From positions 3,915-67,914 of the forward strand of contig CALDMO010000012.1 of assembly GCA_937915375.1 (NCBI GenBank): a stretch of 64,000 bases of DNA. Direction: 5' to 3'. Positions within the stretch are counted from its first letter, which is position 1; each line of letters starts with the position of its first letter. Under the pieces are notes generated by a model, which saw nothing but the letters and a program-made list of their open reading frames with translations, ran no database searches and was not told where the DNA came from. This DNA is from an uncultured Marvinbryantia sp. (lineage in GTDB: Bacteria > Bacillota > Clostridia > Lachnospirales > Lachnospiraceae). Position numbers and translations under genes: made by a program. This document shows positions 10,139 through 18,533 of this stretch, in pieces.

Positions 10139-10975
10139 GTGCCGGGAAAATTATTTTTATGTGCGACGCCGATTGGAAATCTGGAGGATATGACGCTGCG
10201 AGTGTTGCGTACTTTAAAAGAAGTGGATTTGATCGCGGCGGAAGATACCAGAAACAGCATTAAGCTGCTCAATCATTTCGAAATAAAAACGCCGATGACG
10301 AGTTATCATGAGTATAACCGCATTGAGAAAGCGCACTATCTGATTGAACAGATGCAACAGGGAAAAAATATTGCTTTGATCACGGATGCGGGAACACCGG
10401 GAATTTCCGATCCGGGCGAGGATCTGGTACGTCTCTGCTATGAAGCGGGCGTGGAGGTGACTTCTCTTCCGGGAGCCTGTGCCTGCGTGACAGCGTTGAC
10501 GTTATCGGGGCTTTCGACAAGACGTTTTTGTTTTGAGGCATTCCTGCCTGTGGATAAAAAGGAAAAACAGGCGGTGCTTTGTGAATTAAAAGAGGAAACC
10601 CGCACGATTATTTTATATGAAGCGCCTCATCGGCTGGTTCGTACGCTGGAGGAGCTTTTGCAGATGATCGGGGACCGTAGGGTGACAATTTGCCGGGAAC
10701 TGACGAAAAAGCATGAGACGGCATTTGCAACGACGCTTACAGAAGCGTTGGAGTATTATCGTGAAACGCCGCCAAAGGGCGAGTGTGTGATTGTGATGGA
10801 GGGAAAAAGCCGTGAGCAGCAGCGACAGGAAGAACAGCGCCAGTGGGAAACTATGAGTGTGGAAGAACATATGGAATACTATCTGTCAAACGGTATAGAG
10901 AAAAAAGAAGCCATGAAAAAAGTGGCGAAAGATCGCGGGGTATCCAAGAGGGAAATTTATCAGGCTTTGTTGTGA
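10139..10975 (+). CDS. rsmI: 16S rRNA (cytidine1402-2'-O)-methyltransferase
   Basis: ATPIGNLED, AAEDTR, DAGTPGISDPG, RELTKKHE. Confidence 0.95.
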   Translation: MPGKLFLCATPIGNLEDMTLRVLRTLKEVDLIAAEDTRNSIKLLNHFEIKTPMTSYHEYNRIEKAHYLIEQMQQGKNIALITDAGTPGISDPGEDLVRLCYEAGVEVTSLPGACACVTALTLSGLSTRRFCFEAFLPVDKKEKQAVLCELKEETRTIILYEAPHRLVRTLEELLQMIGDRRVTICRELTKKHETAFATTLTEALEYYRETPPKGECVIVMEGKSREQQRQEEQRQWETMSVEEHMEYYLSNGIEKKEAMKKVAKDRGVSKREIYQALL

Positions 10976-11027
10976 CTGATAAATAACTGTGGAAGTCAGG
11001 TACAATAGAATAGGTAGTTAAAAAAGG

Positions 11028-11054
11028 GATATATTATATCGGTACACATAGAAT
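11028..11054 (+). promoter_or_regulatory. Possible sigma-E (sporulation) promoter of spmA
   Basis: CATAGAAT at 11047-11054 resembles the sigE -10 (CATACAAT), with an ATA-containing -35 upstream. spmA is sigE-dependent in Bacillus. Confidence 0.35.
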
Positions 11055-11082
11055 ATAGAAACAGGACAAATGGAGTCTGGTT

Positions 11083-11736
11083 ATGAATTTTCTTTGGGGC
11101 GGTATGATTTTAATTGGTATTATTTACGGCGCAGCGGCGGGAACTATGCAGGAAATCTCGGACGCTGCGCTTTCTTCTGTTCGTGAAGCGGTTAATTTAT
11201 GTATTACAATGGTAGGGGTGATGTCATTGTGGGTCGGTCTGATGGAAATTGCCAGAGAGAGCGGCATGATTGCCGGTTTGACACGAAAAATGAAGCCATT
11301 TATTCGATTTCTGTTTCCGAATATTCCGGAGGGGCATGCTGCACAAGAGCATATCAGTGTGAATGTAATTGCTAATATCCTTGGACTGGGATGGGCGGCG
11401 ACACCTGCTGGCTTGAAAGCGATGGAATCTCTGGCGCAGTTGGAAGAAGAACGGTGCAGAAAAGGGGCAGAAGAAACGGCATTTGGAATGACTAAAAAAA
11501 GAGGAAGAAAAAATGGTATGCCAAAGGGCATCGCCAGTAATGAAATGTGTACTTTTCTTATATTAAATATTTCATCTTTACAGCTAATCCCGGTTAATAT
11601 TATTGCTTATCGCAGCCAGTATGGCAGTGTGAATCCGACGGCGATCGTCGGCCCCGGAATTGCCGCGACAGCGGTCAGTACACTGGCGGCAATTGTGTTT
11701 TGTAAGGTGATGGATGGGAGAAAACGGATAAAATAA
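11083..11736 (+). CDS. spmA: Spore maturation protein A (nucleoside recognition gate domain)
   Basis: LWVGLMEIA, ANILGLGWAATPAGLKAM, LNISSLQLIP. Confidence 0.88.
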   Translation: MNFLWGGMILIGIIYGAAAGTMQEISDAALSSVREAVNLCITMVGVMSLWVGLMEIARESGMIAGLTRKMKPFIRFLFPNIPEGHAAQEHISVNVIANILGLGWAATPAGLKAMESLAQLEEERCRKGAEETAFGMTKKRGRKNGMPKGIASNEMCTFLILNISSLQLIPVNIIAYRSQYGSVNPTAIVGPGIAATAVSTLAAIVFCKVMDGRKRIK

Positions 11737-11799
11737 AACGGACCGGGTACACTAAGAAAATTACATCCGACCTTCTTAACTTGGAAGAACGGAGTATAT

Positions 11800-11838
11800 T
11801 TTACATAGATTTTACATTAAGAACTCTTTATTTTTACA
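11800..11838 (+). promoter_or_regulatory. PHO-box-like direct repeats upstream of the Na/Pi-phoPR operon
   Basis: TTTACA at 11800, 11811 and 11833 (11-bp register), matching the PhoP TT(A/T)ACA repeat architecture. Confidence 0.7.
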
Positions 11839-11889
11839 TACGTGTGTTAGCCTGAAAAAAATATATGCGATAAGATAAGGAGTTTTTTT

Positions 11890-13650
11890 ATGGACATTTT
11901 TGCGATTTTAGCATTTTTGGGAGGTTTGGCATTCTTCCTTTATGGTATGTCGATGATGGGAGACGGTCTGTCAAGAGCTTCCGGCGGTAAGATGGAAAAA
12001 ATTCTTGAGCAGCTGACCAGCAGTAAATGGAAAGGGGTTCTGCTCGGCGCAGCGGTAACGGCAGTAATTCAGTCGTCATCCGCGACAACTGTTATGGTAG
12101 TCGGTTTTGTTAATTCCGGTATTATGAAGCTGGGGCAGGCAGTCGGCGTTATCATGGGTGCGAATATCGGTACGACAGCGACATCCTGGATTCTCAGCTT
12201 GACTGGTATTGAAGGCGGAAATGTTTTCATGCAGCTGTTAAAGCCAAGTTCTTTTGCACCGGTTCTTGCATTGGTGGGTGCGGCGATGCTGCTGTTTTTC
12301 AAGAGTGAGAAAAAGAAAAATGTCGGTACGATCATGGTTGGTTTTGCAATCCTGATGTATGGTATGGATGCTATGAGTGGGGCTGTAAAACCGCTGGCGG
12401 ATGTACCAGAGTTCGGGAATGCGCTGATGATGTTTACAAATCCGGTTATGGGCGTACTGGCAGGTACGATCATTACTGCGGTGATCCAGAGCTCTTCAGC
12501 TTCTGTCGGTATCCTGCAGGCGCTGTGCGCAACCGGAAGCGTCACCTATGGTCTGGCGATTCCGATTATCATGGGCCAGAATATCGGTACTTGTATTACC
12601 GCGATCCTGTCTGCGATCGGCGCAAATAAAAACGCGAAACGCGCGGCAGCGATTCATCTGTATTTCAATCTGATCGGTACAGCTGTTTTTATGGTGCTGT
12701 TTTACGGTATCAATATGGTTGTGCGTTTTGACTTCCTCGGAGACGCGATTGGTCCGGCAAATGTGGCGGTTATTCACAGTATATTTAACGTCTTTACGAC
12801 CGCGATTCTGTATCCGTTCTCAAATATGCTGGTGAAACTGGCAAAAGCGACCGTCGGCAAGGAAAAAGACGGCGAACCGAAAGAACTGGAAGTGGCGGTT
12901 CTGGATCAGCGTTTCCTGGAACGCCCGTCCTTTGCCTGTGAACAGGCGATGGAAGCAACCCGTCAGATGGCGGAGCTTTCCAGAGAATCCTTCAGCCTGG
13001 CAGTTTCACTGTTTGATGAATATGATGAGAAAAAAGCGCAGCGCGTGCGTGAATTGGAAGATGTGGTTGATAAATATGAAGACCATGTTGGAAGTTATCT
13101 GGTGGAATTGAGCAGCCGCAATCTTTCGGATTCCGACAGCCGTGCACTTTCTATGATGCTTCACTGCCTGGGAGACTTTGAACGTATCTCAGATCATTCT
13201 GTCAGTGTAATGACGGCCGCGCAGGAATTATATACCAAGAAACTGAGCTTTTCTGAAAAAGGTCAGAAGGAAATGGAGATTTATTCAAAGGCAGCGTTGG
13301 AGATTACTAATATAGCGTTTGGCGCATTTATCGAGGATGATCTGCGCAAGGCAAGACATGTAGAGCCGCTTGAGGAAGTAATGGATGCTATCCGCAATCA
13401 GGTAAAAGAACGTCACGTAAGACGTCTGCAGGAAGGCAGATGTACGATCGAGATGGGATTTATCTTGTCTGATATCTGTACGGACTATGAACGTGTAGCA
13501 GACCATTGTTCTAATATCGCTGTTTATCTGCTGCAGCGTCATGATAATAGTTATGATCAGCATGCGTACGCAGATGTGCTTCGTCACGGCGATAACGAAG
13601 AATTTAAAAAGGAATGTGCAATGTATCGTGAAAAATATGTATTACCATAG
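11890..13650 (+). CDS. Na/Pi cotransporter family protein with C-terminal PhoU-like domains
   Basis: Two QSSS motifs, GANIGTT/GQNIGTC, C-terminal FERISDH/YERVADH. Confidence 0.93.
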   Translation: MDIFAILAFLGGLAFFLYGMSMMGDGLSRASGGKMEKILEQLTSSKWKGVLLGAAVTAVIQSSSATTVMVVGFVNSGIMKLGQAVGVIMGANIGTTATSWILSLTGIEGGNVFMQLLKPSSFAPVLALVGAAMLLFFKSEKKKNVGTIMVGFAILMYGMDAMSGAVKPLADVPEFGNALMMFTNPVMGVLAGTIITAVIQSSSASVGILQALCATGSVTYGLAIPIIMGQNIGTCITAILSAIGANKNAKRAAAIHLYFNLIGTAVFMVLFYGINMVVRFDFLGDAIGPANVAVIHSIFNVFTTAILYPFSNMLVKLAKATVGKEKDGEPKELEVAVLDQRFLERPSFACEQAMEATRQMAELSRESFSLAVSLFDEYDEKKAQRVRELEDVVDKYEDHVGSYLVELSSRNLSDSDSRALSMMLHCLGDFERISDHSVSVMTAAQELYTKKLSFSEKGQKEMEIYSKAALEITNIAFGAFIEDDLRKARHVEPLEEVMDAIRNQVKERHVRRLQEGRCTIEMGFILSDICTDYERVADHCSNIAVYLLQRHDNSYDQHAYADVLRHGDNEEFKKECAMYREKYVLP

Positions 13651-13702
13651 GGTAAACATGTGGTAGAATAAAAGCTAAGAGAGGAAAGGGAGCGTTTCGT
13701 TC

Positions 13703-14374
13703 ATGAGCCTGATTTATATTGTGGAAGATGATAAAAATATCCGAGAGATTGAAAGTTATGCGTTGAAAAACAGCGGTTACTCAGTGGATGAATTTGAATC
13801 TGCAAAATCCTTCTGGAATAAGGTTTCTGAGCGCGTCCCGGATCTGATCTTGCTTGATATTATGCTTCCAGACAGTGATGGGATAGATGTTTTAAAGAAA
13901 CTGCGTCGTAATCCGGAAACGAAAAAGATACCGGTTGTTATGGTGACGGCTAAATCTACGGAGATTGACAAGGTCAAAGGACTGGATAACGGCGCAGACG
14001 ATTATATTACCAAACCATTTGGCATTATGGAGCTGATTTCCAGGGTAAAGGCGATTCTTCGCCGCATTAACAGTATGGAAGAAGAAAAATTCATCCATTT
14101 GCATGATATTTTTATGGATGGAGATAAGCGAATGGTGTATGTGGCTGACGAACCCTGTGAGCTTACATATAAAGAATTTGAACTGCTAAAGCTGTTTCTG
14201 CAGAATGCGGGAATCGTTATGACCAGAGAAAGTATTATGGAACATATCTGGGGCATTGACTTTGAGGGAGAATCCAGAACGTTGGATATGCATATAAAAA
14301 CTTTGCGTCAGAAGCTGGGAACTGCGGGAAGCTACATTAAGACTGTGCGGAATGTGGGGTACAGAATCGAATGA
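13703..14374 (+). CDS. phoP: OmpR/PhoB-family response regulator (PhoP-like)
   Basis: Receiver VEDD/LDIMLP/KPF plus winged-helix RTLDMHIKTLRQKL; phosphate-gene context. Confidence 0.8.
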   Translation: MSLIYIVEDDKNIREIESYALKNSGYSVDEFESAKSFWNKVSERVPDLILLDIMLPDSDGIDVLKKLRRNPETKKIPVVMVTAKSTEIDKVKGLDNGADDYITKPFGIMELISRVKAILRRINSMEEEKFIHLHDIFMDGDKRMVYVADEPCELTYKEFELLKLFLQNAGIVMTRESIMEHIWGIDFEGESRTLDMHIKTLRQKLGTAGSYIKTVRNVGYRIE

Positions 14375-15711
14375 AAAAGAAAATAAATAAGCAGTATACA
14401 TTAATAACCGTCGTAGCGATTGTGCTGACGGTTTTTCTTTCTGTTATTGTTTATTACGACATGTTTCAGGGAGAAGTAATTAACAGTTTGAAAACTTATA
14501 CAAATGTGCTTCGAAATTCCGGCATGTTTGAGGATGAGCTGCTGCATAGAGATGAAAAAAATTCTTTGGCGGAGGATCTGCGCGTTACGCTGGTAGAACC
14601 GGACGGAAGTGTCAGCTTTGACAGCAATGTCGGGATCGGGGATCTGGATAATCACGGAGAACGCCCGGAAATCCAGGAGGCCTTGAATACCGGAGAAGGA
14701 GAACAGATCCGGCATTCTGATACGCTGCAGAAAAATGTATATTATTATGCGGTAAGAATGGAGGATGGCAGTGTGCTGCGCGTGGCAAAGGAGGCGGGCA
14801 GTATATGGAGTTTCCTGATGCCGCTGATGCCGGTATTATTTGTAATGATCATAGTCCTTGCTGGGGTATGTGTGATCCTGGCGCATTTTATGACGCAGAG
14901 TATTGTCAAGCCGGTAGAGGAAATGGCGCAGCATATGGATGACAGCACATATAAGGCCACCTATAAGGAATTGCAGCCGTTTATTGATACAATTCAGCAG
15001 CAGCATCAGGATATTGTGAAAAGCAGCCGAATACGTCAGGAATTTACCGCGAATGTTTCTCATGAGCTGAAAACGCCCCTGACGGCGATTTCAGGATATT
15101 CGGAGTTGATTGAGAGCGGTATTGCAACGAAGGAAGTGACCGCGCGCTTTGCCGGAGAGATCCGCAAAAGCTCACAGCGTCTTCTGACATTAATTAATGA
15201 TATTCTTCGTTTATCGGAGCTGGATACGCAGGAGCAGACAATGAGCAAGCAGCCTGTCGATCTGTATGAGCTGGCAGAGAAATGCGCGGATATGCTGCAG
15301 ATCAATGCGGAGAAACACAATGTAACTTTGGAGTTTTGCGGTGAGCAGCCTTGCATGGTGGATGGCAATCGGGAAATGCTGGAGGAGATCATGTATAATC
15401 TATGCAGCAACGCAATCCGCTATAATGTGCCGGAAGGGCATGTGATGCTTTCGGTCAACTATGAGGGAAAACATGCGGTGCTGACGGTTGAGGACACCGG
15501 AATCGGTATTCCGCAGGAGGACCAGAAGCGTATTTTTGAACGTTTTTATCGAGTGGATAAGAGTCGCTCCAAGTCAACGGGAGGCACAGGATTGGGGCTT
15601 GCGATTGTGAAACATGCGGTGGCGAAACACGGCGCGGAGATCGGGCTATGGAGCAGAGTCGGAGAAGGGACAAGGATTCGTGTGGTGTTCCCGGATCGAA
15701 AAGATGAGTGA
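14371..15711 (+). CDS. phoR: Sensor histidine kinase (PhoR-like)
   Basis: FTANVSHELKTPLT H-box, FERFYRVDKSRS, GGTGLGLAIVKH. Confidence 0.8.
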   Translation: MKKKINKQYTLITVVAIVLTVFLSVIVYYDMFQGEVINSLKTYTNVLRNSGMFEDELLHRDEKNSLAEDLRVTLVEPDGSVSFDSNVGIGDLDNHGERPEIQEALNTGEGEQIRHSDTLQKNVYYYAVRMEDGSVLRVAKEAGSIWSFLMPLMPVLFVMIIVLAGVCVILAHFMTQSIVKPVEEMAQHMDDSTYKATYKELQPFIDTIQQQHQDIVKSSRIRQEFTANVSHELKTPLTAISGYSELIESGIATKEVTARFAGEIRKSSQRLLTLINDILRLSELDTQEQTMSKQPVDLYELAEKCADMLQINAEKHNVTLEFCGEQPCMVDGNREMLEEIMYNLCSNAIRYNVPEGHVMLSVNYEGKHAVLTVEDTGIGIPQEDQKRIFERFYRVDKSRSKSTGGTGLGLAIVKHAVAKHGAEIGLWSRVGEGTRIRVVFPDRKDE

Positions 15712-15756
15712 CCGGGTGGACTGGTCAGAAAGACGAAAATTGGATATTGATACCAG

Positions 15757-15801
15757 ATCGGTTTCTGCTGTATGATAGAAGATGGCAGAAACCGATTTTT
15801 A
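15757..15801 (+). terminator. Intrinsic terminator after phoR
   Basis: atcggtttctgc...gcagaaaccgat followed by a T run. Confidence 0.7.
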
Positions 15802-15911
15802 TTATATTTACATGGATGCGTGTAAGTTGAAATATATGAGTATTTATGATGTAATGCTACACTATCTTAAGATCGTTTCTAGTAAAGAAGAAATTTGACA
15901 GGAGAGAGAAA

Positions 15912-16745
15912 ATGATGATCTCACATAATAAACAGAAAAAAATTGCCGTGATTAATGATATTTCCGGTTTCGGGAGGTGTTCGCTGACCGTTTCGATACC
16001 GGTGATCTCAAAGCTGAAGGTGCAGTGCTGCCCGGTGCCAACGGCGATTTTATCCAATCATACTGGTTTTCCAAACTGGTTTTTTGATGATTATACGGAG
16101 AAGATGCCGGAGTATATTGACAACTGGGAGAAGATCGGACTGAAGTTTTCGGCTGTGTATTCGGGTTTTCTCGGCTCGGAGAGACAGATTGAGATGGTAT
16201 TGGATTTTATCCGGCGTTTCCGCATGGAGGAGACGTTGGTGGTGGTAGATCCGGTGATGGGCGATTATGGAAAGACATATTCCACATACACGCCGCAGAT
16301 GTGCAGTGAGATGAAAAAATTGGTGGAGTGCGCCGATATTCTGACACCGAACATCACAGAAGCCTGTATTCTGACGGATACACCATATAAAGAAAGGTGG
16401 CATAAGGAAGAGGTGCGGGTGATTGCCCGGAAACTTTTGGAACAGGGACCGGATAAGGTTGTGATCACTGGGATTGTTCAGCGCAGTTATATTGCAAATT
16501 ATGTCTGCACAAAAGACGGAGAGGATCATTTCCTGCGGACACTCCGCGTTGGTACACAGCGATCCGGTACCGGCGATATTTTTGCTTCTATCATTGCAGC
16601 GGATGCTGTAAACGGAGTGAACTTTACACAGTCAGTGAAAAAGGCTTCTAATTTTGTGAAGAAATGCATTCTGCGGTCGATTGAATTGGATGTGCCTCTT
16701 ACGGACGGAGTAGCGTTTGAGGATGTTTTGGATGAACTCAGGTAA
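15912..16745 (+). CDS. pdxK: Pyridoxal/pyridoxamine kinase
   Basis: DISGFGRCSL, VDPVMGD, TPNITEA, GTGDIFAS. Confidence 0.88.
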   Translation: MMISHNKQKKIAVINDISGFGRCSLTVSIPVISKLKVQCCPVPTAILSNHTGFPNWFFDDYTEKMPEYIDNWEKIGLKFSAVYSGFLGSERQIEMVLDFIRRFRMEETLVVVDPVMGDYGKTYSTYTPQMCSEMKKLVECADILTPNITEACILTDTPYKERWHKEEVRVIARKLLEQGPDKVVITGIVQRSYIANYVCTKDGEDHFLRTLRVGTQRSGTGDIFASIIAADAVNGVNFTQSVKKASNFVKKCILRSIELDVPLTDGVAFEDVLDELR

Positions 16746-16792
16746 ATGGATTTTCGCTGCATTTAAAATTTTAGAGGAGGGAAAAATAGATT

Positions 16793-17395
16793 ATGACAAT
16801 TTTATATAAATTACATCAGAATTTGTACGTGAATCTGACAAACAGGTGTCCGTGCGCCTGTACGTTTTGTTTGCGGCAGACGAAAGACGCGGTAGGGGAG
16901 GCAACCAGTCTTTGGCTGGAACAAGAACCGACTTTGGCAGAAATCATCGCGGATTTCTCGGATTTTGATATGAGTCAGTATCAGGAAGTAGTGTTTTGTG
17001 GGTTTGGTGAGCCAACGGAGCGGTTGGACGTCCTTTTGGAGGCAGCAAAATATGTAAAGGAGAATTTTCATTTGCCGACGCGTATCAATACGAATGGTCT
17101 TTCAGATCTGATTCATGGAGAAAAGACTGCGCATCTGCTAAAAGGGCTGATTGATACGGTTTCTATCAGTCTGAATACGCCCAGTCCAGAGCGGTATCAT
17201 GAGCTGGTGCGCTGTAAATTTGGTGATATTTCTTATCAGGCGATGTTGGATTTCGCAAAGGACTGCACGAAATATGTGCCGAATGTGGTAATGACGACAG
17301 TTTCCACAACACTTACAGAGGAAGAAGAGGAGCAGTGCGCTAAAATTTGCAAAGAACTGGGAGTGACGTACCGGATTCGTCCGTGGGAAGGATAA
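16793..17395 (+). CDS. Small radical SAM protein (TIGR04100 / TatD-associated-like)
   Basis: LYVNLTNRCPCACTFC (CxxxCxxC), FCGFGEPT, RINTNG. Confidence 0.85.
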   Translation: MTILYKLHQNLYVNLTNRCPCACTFCLRQTKDAVGEATSLWLEQEPTLAEIIADFSDFDMSQYQEVVFCGFGEPTERLDVLLEAAKYVKENFHLPTRINTNGLSDLIHGEKTAHLLKGLIDTVSISLNTPSPERYHELVRCKFGDISYQAMLDFAKDCTKYVPNVVMTTVSTTLTEEEEEQCAKICKELGVTYRIRPWEG

Positions 17396-17399
17396 GTTT

Positions 17400-18533
17400 A
17401 TGAAGTTGATGCATATTTCAGATCTTCATTTAGGTAAGAGAGTAAATGAAATATCTATGTTAGAAGATCAGCGTTATATTTTAGAGGAAATCTTGCGGAT
17501 CGCGCAGGAACAGACTGTGGATGGGATTTTGGCATCTGGTGATATCTATGATAAGACGGTTCCATCTGCTGAGGCGGTGCTGCTTTTGGACTGGTTTTTG
17601 ACGGAAGTGTCGAAAAAAAAGATTCCCATTTTTCTGATCAGCGGCAATCATGACAGTGCCGAGCGTCTGGCGTTCGGGGCACATCTGCTGGACAAGGGAG
17701 GAATTTATATTTCGCCTGTTTATGAGGGAAAAACAGAGCCGATTACATTGAAGGATTCTTATGGGGAGGTTCGTGTTTACGGTGTGCCGTTTTTAAAACC
17801 GGCTGCAGTGCGCCGTTTTTTTCCTGAACGGAAAATAGAAACCTATCAGGATGCATTCGAGGTTGTGATGGAGAGTCTGAATTTGAATTTGGCAGAACGC
17901 AATGTACTGATTGCGCACCAGTTTTTTGCCGGAGCGGAGCGCTGCGAATCAGAGGAGCTTTCTGTGGGCGGTCTGGATGTGATCCGTGCGGATGCGCTGG
18001 GTAAATTTGATTATGTGGCGCTGGGGCATTTGCATCGTCCGCAGAAGCTTGGCAGGGAGACGGTACGTTACTGCGGTACGCCGCTTAAATATTCCTTTTC
18101 GGAGGCGAATGATCAGAAATCTGTTTCTATTGTAGAATTAAAAGAAAAAGGGAATATATGTGTAGAAACGATTCCACTGAAACCGCGGCATGACCTACGG
18201 GAAATCCGTGGCAGTTATGAGGAAATTACGCTGTTGGAAAACTACAAAAATACAAAGACAGACGATTATATGCATATTACGCTGACGGACGAAGAGGATA
18301 TTCCAAATGCGGTCGGAAAACTGCGCGTGATTTATCCCAATTTGATGAAGCTGGATTATGATAACCGACGTACGAGAGAGTACCGCAGTGTAGAGCATAC
18401 AGAAATGGAAGAAAAAAAGTCGCCTTTGGAATATTTTATGGAATTTTATCAGCTTCAGAACAATCAGGAGATGAGCGGACAGCAGCGGGATTATCTGCTG
18501 GAAAAAATAGAATGTGTGTGGGGTGACGAATGA
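17400..18533 (+). CDS. sbcD: Exonuclease SbcCD subunit D
   Basis: SDLHLG, GDIYD, GNHDS, AHQF, GHLHRPQ. Confidence 0.93.
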   Translation: MKLMHISDLHLGKRVNEISMLEDQRYILEEILRIAQEQTVDGILASGDIYDKTVPSAEAVLLLDWFLTEVSKKKIPIFLISGNHDSAERLAFGAHLLDKGGIYISPVYEGKTEPITLKDSYGEVRVYGVPFLKPAAVRRFFPERKIETYQDAFEVVMESLNLNLAERNVLIAHQFFAGAERCESEELSVGGLDVIRADALGKFDYVALGHLHRPQKLGRETVRYCGTPLKYSFSEANDQKSVSIVELKEKGNICVETIPLKPRHDLREIRGSYEEITLLENYKNTKTDDYMHITLTDEEDIPNAVGKLRVIYPNLMKLDYDNRRTREYRSVEHTEMEEKKSPLEYFMEFYQLQNNQEMSGQQRDYLLEKIECVWGDE

